DNA from: a virus | Strand: one strand, 5' to 3' | DNA length: 46,554 bases | Virus record (IMG/VR): IMGVR_UViG_3300031707_000031 | Shown here: positions 17,130 through 26,101 of the stretch, one piece after another | Position numbering within the stretch: the first letter of the stretch is position 1 | How the letters are laid out: each line of letters opens with the position of its first letter | Made by a program: the position numbers and the translations under genes | Notes under the pieces: model-generated | What the model was told of the DNA's origin: nothing | Seen by the model: only the letters and a program-made list of their open reading frames with translations | Databases searched by the model: none

Positions 17130-18296
17130 CTATAAATTTTTACCAGATTCTTGTTTTTGCCGCCATTGGGAAATTATGTCAGAAAGTGTAGTTGCAGCTT
17201 TTTGTTCCTTAGCGACTGGTGTTGTAGCGGTTAAATTAACTCCCGCAGGATTATATTGTAAACCAGAGATTCCTCTAAGTGCGTTTGTCCCCAACGCCGT
17301 TTCAGCTGTTCTTCCCAAGCTCTGTTGCTCTTTAGCGTATTTAGCGGCGGTAGAGGTGGAAATTAATCTGTTGGCTTGTCCGACAGAACCTTGCATCTGT
17401 TCGGGCGTAATCCCCGCAAAAGGGGTAGCAACTGGCGAAACGCCAGTTGCTCCATAAGCACTGCCTAATCCCAATTGTTTGACTCCTTCACCAGAAAATG
17501 TCATACCAGCAGCTTCTAATTTGCCCTGGGACGTTTTTACGGCATTGGCGGCATTGACTCCCTGTGCTTCCAGTTCTGCTTGTCTCGCCGCATTGGATTG
17601 GTCAACTGATGTCTGCAAATCTTTAAGGGCAACGTCTGTCAATTCTTTATAATACGGGTCAATCGTGCCTGTCTTAACTTTGTTAAAAGTATCTATAATT
17701 TCTTTAGTATTAAAATCGGTTGAGTTCGGGTACATCCCGACAACCTGTCTCCAGAGAGCTTTAATGTCAGCTGGCAAATCACTGGCGTCAATCATCGACA
17801 TCGCATCGTCATATCGTTTTTTATTGTCCGCACCAGCCGCTTTGGAAACATAGCCGTAAGTCTTTTGTTCTTTCTGCAAAAATTGCTCTAAAGCCGCAGG
17901 CGTTGTCGTCGCCCAGTTTGCCAATTCTGCTGAGGTTGCCGTGCGGTCAAAATATTTATTATATAAATCATTTACCCACTTCTTTTCCGCATCTAAAATA
18001 GGCGAGGCTTCAGTCGCCGCAGGCTTGGTTGTTGTCCAGCCTTGATTTTGCCAATACGATAAGTCGCCAGTCGGGACAGAGTTGCTCGAACCGTCTGTAA
18101 AATAAATAATTGTTCTTCCACCAGACGATTCTGGCGGAGTAACAGGCGGAGTAACAGGCGGAGTAACAGGCGGAGTAACAGGCGGAGTAACAGGTGCTTG
18201 AGGAAAGTAATCACCAACGCTTCCTCCGTTAAAAGGTTTAGAGCCAGTAACTTGGGTGGCAGTGATTTGACCGTTTGGACTTATGTATAAAGCCAT
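17130..18296 (-). CDS. virion protein with a (PVTP)5 linker (388 aa)
   Basis: The N-terminal region carries PVTPPVTPPVTPPVTPPVTP; the rest is Ala/Gln/Thr-rich. Confidence 0.5.
   Translation of the reverse strand: MALYISPNGQITATQVTGSKPFNGGSVGDYFPQAPVTPPVTPPVTPPVTPPVTPPESSGGRTIIYFTDGSSNSVPTGDLSYWQNQGWTTTKPAATEASPILDAEKKWVNDLYNKYFDRTATSAELANWATTTPAALEQFLQKEQKTYGYVSKAAGADNKKRYDDAMSMIDASDLPADIKALWRQVVGMYPNSTDFNTKEIIDTFNKVKTGTIDPYYKELTDVALKDLQTSVDQSNAARQAELEAQGVNAANAVKTSQGKLEAAGMTFSGEGVKQLGLGSAYGATGVSPVATPFAGITPEQMQGSVGQANRLISTSTAAKYAKEQQSLGRTAETALGTNALRGISGLQYNPAGVNLTATTPVAKEQKAATTLSDIISQWRQKQESGKNL
18133..18192. repeat. 12-bp x 5 perfect tandem repeat (ggcggagtaaca) encoding (PVTP)5
   Basis: Read directly; five exact units. 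Confidence 0.95.
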
Positions 18297-18316
18297 AGTA
18301 TTTTATATTAAATTAA

Positions 18317-20149
18317 TTATTCAACTTCTAGAACAAAATTGATTGTCGCTCCATTCGGCGTTCCCGTTCTTACCCAGCCAATTGTCACATTAGTTCCATC
18401 AACCGCAGTTACCGTTCCGACAACAGTTCCGTTACTGTCCACGTAATATATCAAGCTGGCATTCGTTCCAACGCCAGTACCGTTGAAATTCGCCCAAGCA
18501 CAGTTGTTCGTTCCGCCGAAGTAATATCCCGTGCTTGTTTTGGAGTCTCCCGAATAATCACAGTAAGCAGTGGCATATACCTTGGTCGGAGTCTTCGATA
18601 ATCCGTGAGCATAGGTCACACTGGAAGAAGCAGTATCGGTAACTCTCGTTCCTGTAATCGACGCAACCTTGTCAGTTGAAGCACCCGCTGGGATATTATT
18701 GTCGTTTATAGAATTAGCCCCCTGAATAGAAATCTGTGCAGTCTGAGCGTTGGTGACAATGTTGTTGGCAAAAATATTGTAATCTACAGCCGATGATTCC
18801 TCCCTGATTCCGTATTTCGGGTCGGTTGCTGTTGTGTTATTCACCCGATTATCGCTGACGTTGTTATAAGTCGTCACATAGGTCGTGCCGCCATCAACGA
18901 ATTGCTCAAGCTGAATTTCCGAATAAGTATTGTCTGTTTTCTGCCCGTTATTAATTACTTCGTTCCCGCCAATGCAGTTGTCGTAAGAGCCTTTCAAATA
19001 AATGCCGTGTTGTTGATTCATGGAGACGAAGTTGCCGTTTATTATATTATTATTTGATTTTCTTATTAAAATTCCGTTAATCGAATTCGAACTGCAATTA
19101 CAATTTTGTATCTTATTTCCAGTCGAAAGAGCATCAATAAGAATCCCCGCATCTCCGTTGTTTGAACAGTTGCTGTTTATAAAATTGTTGTAATTAGCGT
19201 AACTATGTTCAATCCCCGAATACAGATTATAAGCAAAGTTACAGTTTATGAATAAATTATAATCCGAGCTGGTAACGCCCGAGCCTTGCATATATAAACC
19301 AGAGCGATTATTAGAAATACAATTTACGTTGGAAAAAGTGTTGTTATTAGAAGATATTACTCCTTTTATTACAACGTGAAAATCAGTTCCGCTATCAGCC
19401 AGCAGGAATGTGTGCAGGGTATCTGTTCCGTCAGTTGTCTTTGTGCCGCCAGTGCAAACGCCGAAGTCTGTCGTCAGATAGCGGATGATTACGATTCCCG
19501 AACCACCAGCTCCGCAGATTCTTGTTCCACCGCCAGCACCACCACCGCCTAAATCATTAGTGCCATTTACGGTTGCGTCTAGTCCACCACCACCGCCACC
19601 AGTGCCACCAGTTCCTCTTGTCCCAACGGTTGAACTGCCACCGCCAGCACCGCCGCCTGCATAAGTAACTGCTGCCCCAGAAATTGAGTTAGCCGTTCCA
19701 TTACCGCCATTTCCGCCAGTGGTTGACGCAACGCCAACTTGTCCAGCTTGACCAGCCCCGCCGCCGCCAGTTGTAACTCCAGTTAAAACAGATATTCCGC
19801 CATTCCCGCCCTGAGAACCTATGCCTGGATTTAATGTAAAAAGGACACCGCTTTGACCGACTCCGCCACCGCAACCGCCATTCCCGCCATGTGTGGTTTC
19901 GTTTCCACCACCGCCCCCGCCATAGGCTGTTATCGTATTAAAAATAGAGTCACCACCTGGGTTTCCTCTTCCTACCGCTACCTTCGCTGCTCCGCCAGCT
20001 CCAACTGTAACTAAATAATTACCAGCAGAAACATTGTGTGCGGCATCATAAACAAAACCGCCGCCGCCTCCGCCGCCGTCACCCCAAGCACCAGTGGAAT
20101 TTCCACCGCCGCCGCCTCCCCCAATTGCTAAAACTTTTATTGCTGGCAT
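18317..20149 (-). CDS. tail spike/fibre protein: poly-Gly N-terminal domain plus beta-helix (610 aa)
   Basis: About 230 aa of Gly blocks (GGGGGGGN, GGGGAGQAG, GGGAGGGS ... GSGIVIIRY), followed by Asn-ladder repeats (NCNFAYN, NSNCSNN, NCNCSSN). Confidence 0.6.
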   Translation of the reverse strand: MPAIKVLAIGGGGGGGNSTGAWGDGGGGGGGFVYDAAHNVSAGNYLVTVGAGGAAKVAVGRGNPGGDSIFNTITAYGGGGGGNETTHGGNGGCGGGVGQSGVLFTLNPGIGSQGGNGGISVLTGVTTGGGGAGQAGQVGVASTTGGNGGNGTANSISGAAVTYAGGGAGGGSSTVGTRGTGGTGGGGGGLDATVNGTNDLGGGGAGGGTRICGAGGSGIVIIRYLTTDFGVCTGGTKTTDGTDTLHTFLLADSGTDFHVVIKGVISSNNNTFSNVNCISNNRSGLYMQGSGVTSSDYNLFINCNFAYNLYSGIEHSYANYNNFINSNCSNNGDAGILIDALSTGNKIQNCNCSSNSINGILIRKSNNNIINGNFVSMNQQHGIYLKGSYDNCIGGNEVINNGQKTDNTYSEIQLEQFVDGGTTYVTTYNNVSDNRVNNTTATDPKYGIREESSAVDYNIFANNIVTNAQTAQISIQGANSINDNNIPAGASTDKVASITGTRVTDTASSSVTYAHGLSKTPTKVYATAYCDYSGDSKTSTGYYFGGTNNCAWANFNGTGVGTNASLIYYVDSNGTVVGTVTAVDGTNVTIGWVRTGTPNGATINFVLEVE

Positions 20150-20152
20150 ATA

Positions 20153-21163
20153 TTAAGTGTAGTCAAGAATCGAAATTCCTGTGTAATTATTATCATTTGA
20201 ATTTATATTATTAAACACGTTGTGGTTCGCTCCGTATAGAAGAATCCCGTTCTGATTATTCCCGTTAGTGTTGATATTACTGAACTGGTTGTAGTCGGAA
20301 GCAACGATGTCTATTCCGTCCAAGCCAGAATTAATTATATCTAAATCGGAAAAGACGGAATTAAACACGTAAGTAAGGCTCAGGCTGGTCGTATAGGTTG
20401 CGTCGTTTTCGTTCATTATAATATTCTTTACTACTATCCCCAGGCATCCCTGCAAATAAATTGCCTGACTTGCCACCGCCACATCCTGACCCTTAACCGT
20501 AAAATTTTCCATTATAACGTTAGTTTTAAATGTTCCTGCATAGTATGTTAAACCGCTGGCAGCACTCCCCAAATAGGTGCTAACCAGTTCAAGATGCGTA
20601 TCATCCGTGACCGTTAAAACTTCATAATAGTTTCCGCTGAAAACGATATAATCTCCCGCCGCCAGGTTTGACGCCCAAAGCGTTCCCGTTCCCGTGACTG
20701 TCGCATCGGCAGTTACGGCAATCGTTCCCGCCCGATAACTCGTATCACCCAAAACCTTAATGGCATTATCGCCGTTAAGATTTATAATAGTGTTTCGTTT
20801 ATCTTCACCAATTAAATAAATATTAGACTCAAGCACCAAATCGTCGGGTAAAATATACTCACCGTTCTTCAGATAAATTGACCCGCCGCCTGCACGCTTC
20901 GCTTCGTTCAGAGCATCAAAGACGTTCGTGTGCGTGCCGTCCCCCTTCAAGTCAACGATATAGTCAAAGTCCCTAAAGCTTACTTTGTTTATGCAGATTG
21001 AGCGTTCTGGTATTTCCTGATTTACTTGGCTAAAATTAATGTTCGCTAAAACGCTGGCAGGAATAGGAGTGCGGTTATTATTGACATCAAAGCCCGCCTC
21101 AGCCAAGGCTGGGTTTCTGTTGGTGTTGTTTACAGTATTATTCAATCCTGCTATTCCGCTCAT
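20153..21163 (-). CDS. right-handed beta-helix (pectate-lyase-like) tail protein (336 aa)
   Basis: Repeats NIINSGLDGIDIV / NINTNGNNQNGILLYG / NINSNDNNYTGISI. Confidence 0.55.
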   Translation of the reverse strand: MSGIAGLNNTVNNTNRNPALAEAGFDVNNNRTPIPASVLANINFSQVNQEIPERSICINKVSFRDFDYIVDLKGDGTHTNVFDALNEAKRAGGGSIYLKNGEYILPDDLVLESNIYLIGEDKRNTIINLNGDNAIKVLGDTSYRAGTIAVTADATVTGTGTLWASNLAAGDYIVFSGNYYEVLTVTDDTHLELVSTYLGSAASGLTYYAGTFKTNVIMENFTVKGQDVAVASQAIYLQGCLGIVVKNIIMNENDATYTTSLSLTYVFNSVFSDLDIINSGLDGIDIVASDYNQFSNINTNGNNQNGILLYGANHNVFNNINSNDNNYTGISILDYT

Positions 21164-22620
21164 AAAGTTGAGTCTTGTCCCAGTTGAAGCGAGAGACCTA
21201 GAATCTCAAACGCTTGATTGGGGCTATATTCTTTAAATTCAAATTCAATTAAGTGTCCTGTTAACCTTTTATCAAAACTATTAATTACGCCCGTGAGCTG
21301 CCCGATGTCGGTAAACGGCATTATTATTTCCTGATTGCGGTCATAAACTCTAAACCTGATTGTCACGCCCTGGGCGTATTGAGCGTAAACCATTATTTTA
21401 TTGACTGTTTTTTGCACAGCAGGGTCGCCAAAGTCGAACGCCTTTGTCCGCACGTGAGCAATAATTGGCTTGCCATCATCGGCATAAATAGGCGTAGTAT
21501 CGGTATATTTAGATTTAACATGCACCATGCCGTCAGACGCTCCAAGATAAAGAAAATCATCAACGCCGTCGGTATAGCGGGCGAGAACGCCAACACCATC
21601 GTAAAGCTCCCGCCATCGCCACATGCCAGTCGCAAAGGTATAAGTTGCCATACAGTTGGCGTAAGATAAGCCGTTGGCTTCTGTCGCTCCCAAGTAAATT
21701 ATGTATTCTCCATCCACGACTTCGGACGTCCAATTTGTTGCTGTTGAATTCATCAGCAATTCTTTTATGTCGTTGCCAATCGGCGTCGGCTGACCGCCCG
21801 TGCTTGTCCAAATATTGTCTTTATTCGCCCAAATAAGATAAGAGGAAAAAGTATTGATTGTCCGATTATTGATACAGCCAATGTCAAACATGTTCTTGCG
21901 ACTAGACTGGTCATAAACATAGGCAGAGAACTCGGTAAAAACAATTAATCTGTCCCAATTAGAACCCATGCCCGTAATACTTTCAGAATAGTCCACGTCA
22001 AAGAAGTCGGAAGCGGGCGTCCAAGTTATCGCTCCTGCGACAGGAACAGAAGAATAGTAAACCCGATAAGGATAAAGTGTTGAGCCAGAATAGCAATTGG
22101 CGACATACAGGCGGTCACGATAGCGGGTGATATATTTGCCCTGTGCCATGTTGGTTACATTGGTTGCGGTTGAAAACGTCGTGCCTGTTAGCGATGCAAC
22201 AGGGAGAAAGACAGAATCGGTTGAGTCGTAGCCGACCATAAAGCAATAGCCGATAAAAGTTTCAAAATCAACCCGTGAATCTTCAAAACCGTCCCAAGTC
22301 GCCCCGACATTAATATCCGTCCATGTGCCTGCGTTGTTATATTTCAGAGTTAAGTTAGTCCCTGCGGCGTTATTAATCGTCGCCAAGACTTTATTGACAG
22401 AAGATGATTGGCGAAAATGATAAAGCCCTGTCAGTGATTTGCCAGCTTCCAGCGTTGTCCCGACCTTGCTGTAACCCAAGTCTTTGATTATTTTGCCAAG
22501 CTTATAAGAAAGATTGACACCGTTGCAGATACTAAGCTGATTGTCCGCCATTAAAAGCGGAGACAATTCGGTTGACGGCGGAGTGAGAAAGTTATTTAGA
22601 TGTCGTTCGTTCATCAACAT
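21160..22620 (-). CDS. hypothetical tail/baseplate-region protein (486 aa)
   Basis: Large co-oriented ORF with an ATGA overlap to the next gene; no motif recognised. Confidence 0.5.
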   Translation of the reverse strand: MLMNERHLNNFLTPPSTELSPLLMADNQLSICNGVNLSYKLGKIIKDLGYSKVGTTLEAGKSLTGLYHFRQSSSVNKVLATINNAAGTNLTLKYNNAGTWTDINVGATWDGFEDSRVDFETFIGYCFMVGYDSTDSVFLPVASLTGTTFSTATNVTNMAQGKYITRYRDRLYVANCYSGSTLYPYRVYYSSVPVAGAITWTPASDFFDVDYSESITGMGSNWDRLIVFTEFSAYVYDQSSRKNMFDIGCINNRTINTFSSYLIWANKDNIWTSTGGQPTPIGNDIKELLMNSTATNWTSEVVDGEYIIYLGATEANGLSYANCMATYTFATGMWRWRELYDGVGVLARYTDGVDDFLYLGASDGMVHVKSKYTDTTPIYADDGKPIIAHVRTKAFDFGDPAVQKTVNKIMVYAQYAQGVTIRFRVYDRNQEIIMPFTDIGQLTGVINSFDKRLTGHLIEFEFKEYSPNQAFEILGLSLQLGQDSTL

Positions 22621-22625
22621 ATTAT

Positions 22626-23984
22626 CTAAAAGTTATAATAAATCGTATCTTCCAAAATAGGCAGTTTATAAGAGTTGAGATTCCCCTGAATCGAATCATT
22701 GAATTCTTTCATAAAGATTCCGAAGTTCTCGAAATTCCGCTTTCGCTTCTCAATTTTAGCGGCAATGAAAGTTTGCATGTCGTCAGTAAACGGAACTTCA
22801 GTGACGGAAGCAAACTCAGTAAAGCGGGTCAGAGCTTTAAGGTATTCCATTCTAAAGCTATAACCGTCGTATTGCGGGTCAACTGGACAATTAAGAACGA
22901 TTTTATTATCAATTGTGATTGTATATTTCTCTGGCAATCCTTCGGTAATGTTCTGCCAAACTATGCTGCCAACAGCGATTATGGCTGTTATGTCGGCGGC
23001 AGGTATTCCGCTTAAAGTATTGGTTGATGTGTCATTAGCGGTATAAACAATGTCCATTCCGTTAATAAAGACCGTGCCAGCTGAAGCGAATTCTGCCGTA
23101 TTAGTTAAAACAATCGAAGTCGCTGCTACTCCCGCTTGCGTGGCAACTGTCGTTCTTGAAACGTCGGCATAGATAACGTCCATTTCGTCATTATCAATAA
23201 ACTTTAATCTGGCGTTGCCGAATTTAACGCCCTTTAATCCTTGCACGTTGCCTGGATATTTTAATTCATACGTCAATCCAGTCAAAGCATAAGTGTTTTC
23301 GTATTGTGTGGCAGTAATTGACGAATCGTCTGGCACTAATTCAAATTTCCAATCGTATTTAGTAATCGCATCTTGACAGTCATTAGCGTCTTGAACGAGT
23401 TGCTTCTCGCCGCTATATTGCCCGCCAATCTCAACTGAGGCGTCGGCACAGGCTTTTTCCACTATATCCCTAACCGTTGTGCTTCCCAAGCCAGAATAAG
23501 ACACTCCAGTCGAATAAGAGCTATAAGTCGTCAGAATAAGATTGTAAAAACGGACAAAGAAATAACCAGTCGTGTTTGTCAAGTCCTGATAATAGCTTTC
23601 CTTTCTGTCAACGTTTATCGCTTGAACTGAACCGAGGACTACTTTTGCCCCAGTTAAGGTTGTGGCACGGGAGAATTCCACCTGATTATAATTAATAAGG
23701 GTAACTGGCGTATCGGCGTAATGGTCTCTGGTCGTATTAGTGGCAAGAGTAATTGTTGTGCCAGTCGGTGCGGTAGCGGCATGAAGCTTCACTATTTCCG
23801 CCGTTGGGTCGCCAAAGTTGCCGATTAAAATGTAATTATTAATGGCAAAACCAGAAATACCAGAAACCGAAATCGTTCCCGACGCACTTGGCGAATCGGT
23901 AATCAGCCTGGTTGTTTTCATGCTGTCAGTCAGCGTCAGATTGCTGACCAATAAGTTTGCGTTTTCTATGCGGGTGTTTATCAT
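22626..23984 (-). CDS. hypothetical tail-region protein (452 aa)
   Basis: Large co-oriented ORF; no motif recognised. Confidence 0.5.
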   Translation of the reverse strand: MINTRIENANLLVSNLTLTDSMKTTRLITDSPSASGTISVSGISGFAINNYILIGNFGDPTAEIVKLHAATAPTGTTITLATNTTRDHYADTPVTLINYNQVEFSRATTLTGAKVVLGSVQAINVDRKESYYQDLTNTTGYFFVRFYNLILTTYSSYSTGVSYSGLGSTTVRDIVEKACADASVEIGGQYSGEKQLVQDANDCQDAITKYDWKFELVPDDSSITATQYENTYALTGLTYELKYPGNVQGLKGVKFGNARLKFIDNDEMDVIYADVSRTTVATQAGVAATSIVLTNTAEFASAGTVFINGMDIVYTANDTSTNTLSGIPAADITAIIAVGSIVWQNITEGLPEKYTITIDNKIVLNCPVDPQYDGYSFRMEYLKALTRFTEFASVTEVPFTDDMQTFIAAKIEKRKRNFENFGIFMKEFNDSIQGNLNSYKLPILEDTIYYNF

Positions 23985-23993
23985 ATATTTATA

Positions 23994-24836
23994 TTAAAAA
24001 TTATCTCCACGAGGGATTGAATCAAACAGAACAGAATCAATCGTCGCATTTTTCAAATAATACAAGCATGCTTGACCTGAACGCTCTGGCGAGATTTCTC
24101 TCATCTTACCACCGATAATAATTCCGAATCTCCCTTTGCCAACGCCTTCAAAGACTATTTTGCCTTCATTGTTCTTGATAAATTGTTCATCTGTCATAGA
24201 TTTTTCCGTTATTTTAAAACTTCTTTTATAAAAAACTTTATCTAAAGCATACTTCTTTTCTTCCTGCCAGTAAGAATCACTAACCGCCAAGTAATCAACG
24301 CCCTCGCCTTCAATCATTACATAGTGATTAGTTGCTCCAACTGGACTAAGTATTCCATCGCCATCAGCAAATCTGACATTCCCAACCGCAGGTGATATGG
24401 CTATATCCATAGCCATATCCTCAATATCAAACCTTTTAAGAAACTCCGCTCCCAAGTCTTTCATCTCCTGCGTGATTGCGTCTTTGCTCATATACTCATT
24501 CCAACTATTCGCCTTATTCGGATAAAGGCTTTCAGGAATCAGTCCATAGGCCTTGATGCAATTCATTACATTCCAAAAGGTGTTGCCGTAAATCGTGGTA
24601 TTGCTCATTGATGCGGTGTAGCGAACAGAGAAGTCAAGATTAGTGTCTTTGTTAAAATATCCATTATCTCTTAACCACTCAAAATTGTTTTTTACAAAGA
24701 GTTTAGTATTCATCAAAGTCTGTATCGCTTTTAGCGTTGCGAAGGTGACGCACGCTTCCGTATCAAACGCATTATTAAAACCTGCGTTAATAAACTGGAT
24801 TTTATTGGGACGAGTAAGATAGGTTTTCCAATCCAT
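23994..24836 (-). CDS. papain-fold cysteine peptidase (putative endolysin or virion lysin)
   Basis: Cys context DTEACVTFATLKAIQ and His context GATNHYVMIEGEG resemble the C1/CHAP-type catalytic dyad. Confidence 0.5.
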   Translation of the reverse strand: MDWKTYLTRPNKIQFINAGFNNAFDTEACVTFATLKAIQTLMNTKLFVKNNFEWLRDNGYFNKDTNLDFSVRYTASMSNTTIYGNTFWNVMNCIKAYGLIPESLYPNKANSWNEYMSKDAITQEMKDLGAEFLKRFDIEDMAMDIAISPAVGNVRFADGDGILSPVGATNHYVMIEGEGVDYLAVSDSYWQEEKKYALDKVFYKRSFKITEKSMTDEQFIKNNEGKIVFEGVGKGRFGIIIGGKMREISPERSGQACLYYLKNATIDSVLFDSIPRGDNF

Positions 24837-24838
24837 TT

Positions 24839-25276
24839 TTATAATTTATACAGCTTATTTAAACTATTTCTTAATTGTAGGAAAACATTTTCAATGAAAT
24901 ACGCTTCAAACTCAATCTCTTCTGCTCCTATTGTCTTCGCTTCCCATTGAAACTGCTTGTAGTGAATCACCTCGTGAAGAAGAACATCATAAGAACTCAT
25001 CTCGAATCCCCACGTTCTTAACAAAAGAAGAAAATAACATATACCTTCTTTGTTTTTCAAGCAAATCATACACCCAAGACTTGTTTCCTTCAAGATTTTA
25101 AATCCTTTCTCTATTTGAGGTTTAATATCTTTATAATCTTTCTTAAACGACTTGGAAAGTTTAGTCTTATTTATCCACTCCTCAAAGTTCTTAAAAGTAG
25201 CACCGACACAGACAATTATTTCCGAGTTAAATATTGCTATTGGTTCAAGAAATATCTTTTTAGTAGCTCCTGACAT
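24839..25276 (-). CDS. putative HExxH zinc metallopeptidase (145 aa)
   Basis: A single HExxH motif (LLHEVIHY); no other motif recognised. Confidence 0.35.
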   Translation of the reverse strand: MSGATKKIFLEPIAIFNSEIIVCVGATFKNFEEWINKTKLSKSFKKDYKDIKPQIEKGFKILKETSLGCMICLKNKEGICYFLLLLRTWGFEMSSYDVLLHEVIHYKQFQWEAKTIGAEEIEFEAYFIENVFLQLRNSLNKLYKL

Positions 25277-25345
25277 TTAAGCAAAAAGTTATAGTAAATA
25301 AAACTAAGAACATTGTCATCACTAAGATTGCTTTCCAATAAATAC

Positions 25346-25567
25346 TCATAGCTTATGAGAAGTTAAAATATAAGTAAGAAGCGTTCCGCAAGCAGTTGCC
25401 AGTGTTGAAACGAGCAACATTATGTTCCAAGACGGTCTGCCTAAAAGTTTATCTTTAATCTGCACAATATCTTCGGCTAATTTAACCAACAGCGAGTCGT
25501 GCGACTTTAGCATCTGCGTATTGCAGGCTAAGTCAACCTTCATATTCTCTAAATCTTTTTCATCCAT
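25346..25567 (-). CDS. small protein with a C-terminal transmembrane segment (holin/spanin-like candidate)
   Basis: N-terminal helical part followed by SWNIMLLVSTLATACGTLLTYILT. Confidence 0.4.
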   Translation of the reverse strand: MDEKDLENMKVDLACNTQMLKSHDSLLVKLAEDIVQIKDKLLGRPSWNIMLLVSTLATACGTLLTYILTSHKL

Positions 25568-25769
25568 ACAGATTGATTATGTAAATAAAAATAAATGATA
25601 CGGCGATTGAACTAAAGTAAAGAAAGACGGTAAGGATTACGGCTAATGCCAAGCAAATAGCCAATTTAATCAACCATTCAACGCTATCAAAGAAAAGACG
25701 GTAAAAGTATTCTAAGAACTTTCTGTTCGTATTATTTAGGAGCTTTAACCAAAGCAGACTTAATACCAA
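25560..25769 (-). CDS. small hydrophobic protein (start uncertain; TTG in ORF track)
   Basis: Contains no internal ATG; the C-terminal half is strongly hydrophobic (LAICLALAVILTVFLYFSSIAVSFIFIYII). Confidence 0.3.
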   Translation of the reverse strand: MVLSLLWLKLLNNTNRKFLEYFYRLFFDSVEWLIKLAICLALAVILTVFLYFSSIAVSFIFIYIINLYG

Positions 25770-25911
25770 CTAAGGCAAGTCCTTCCATTATTTGCTCGGC
25801 GTTAAAGTCGTTTATACAACCAATGATAATCCAGCATACGCCAGAAATATACAGCTTCTTTCCGTCTAGAAACTTCCAGATTACTAAAGCTAAATTGTAG
25901 ATTGTCTTCAT
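25735..25911 (-). CDS. small membrane protein (58 aa, below ORF-track cut-off)
   Basis: Hand translation MKTIYNLALVIWKFLDGKKLYISGVCWIIIGCINDF... Confidence 0.35.
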
Positions 25912-26101
25912 AATATTTAGGTTAGTTTATTAGAATTGAGAGGGGGTTAGCCTCTCTTAGACTAGACCACCCCCTTCCTGTGTTTACACTTTTCTCTTAA
26001 AGAACAAATCCCTTGGCAGAAGACACTCCGCAATCTTTGGCTATGTCGCCTGATAAAATCGCTGGCGTGTCTTTTAAGTTATGACAACACATTGAATCTC
26101 C

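Noticed and set aside
17993-18217. 74-aa minus-strand ORF with LLLRLLLR repeats
   Set aside because: It is an out-of-frame shadow of the (PVTP)5 minisatellite inside the 388-aa virion gene.
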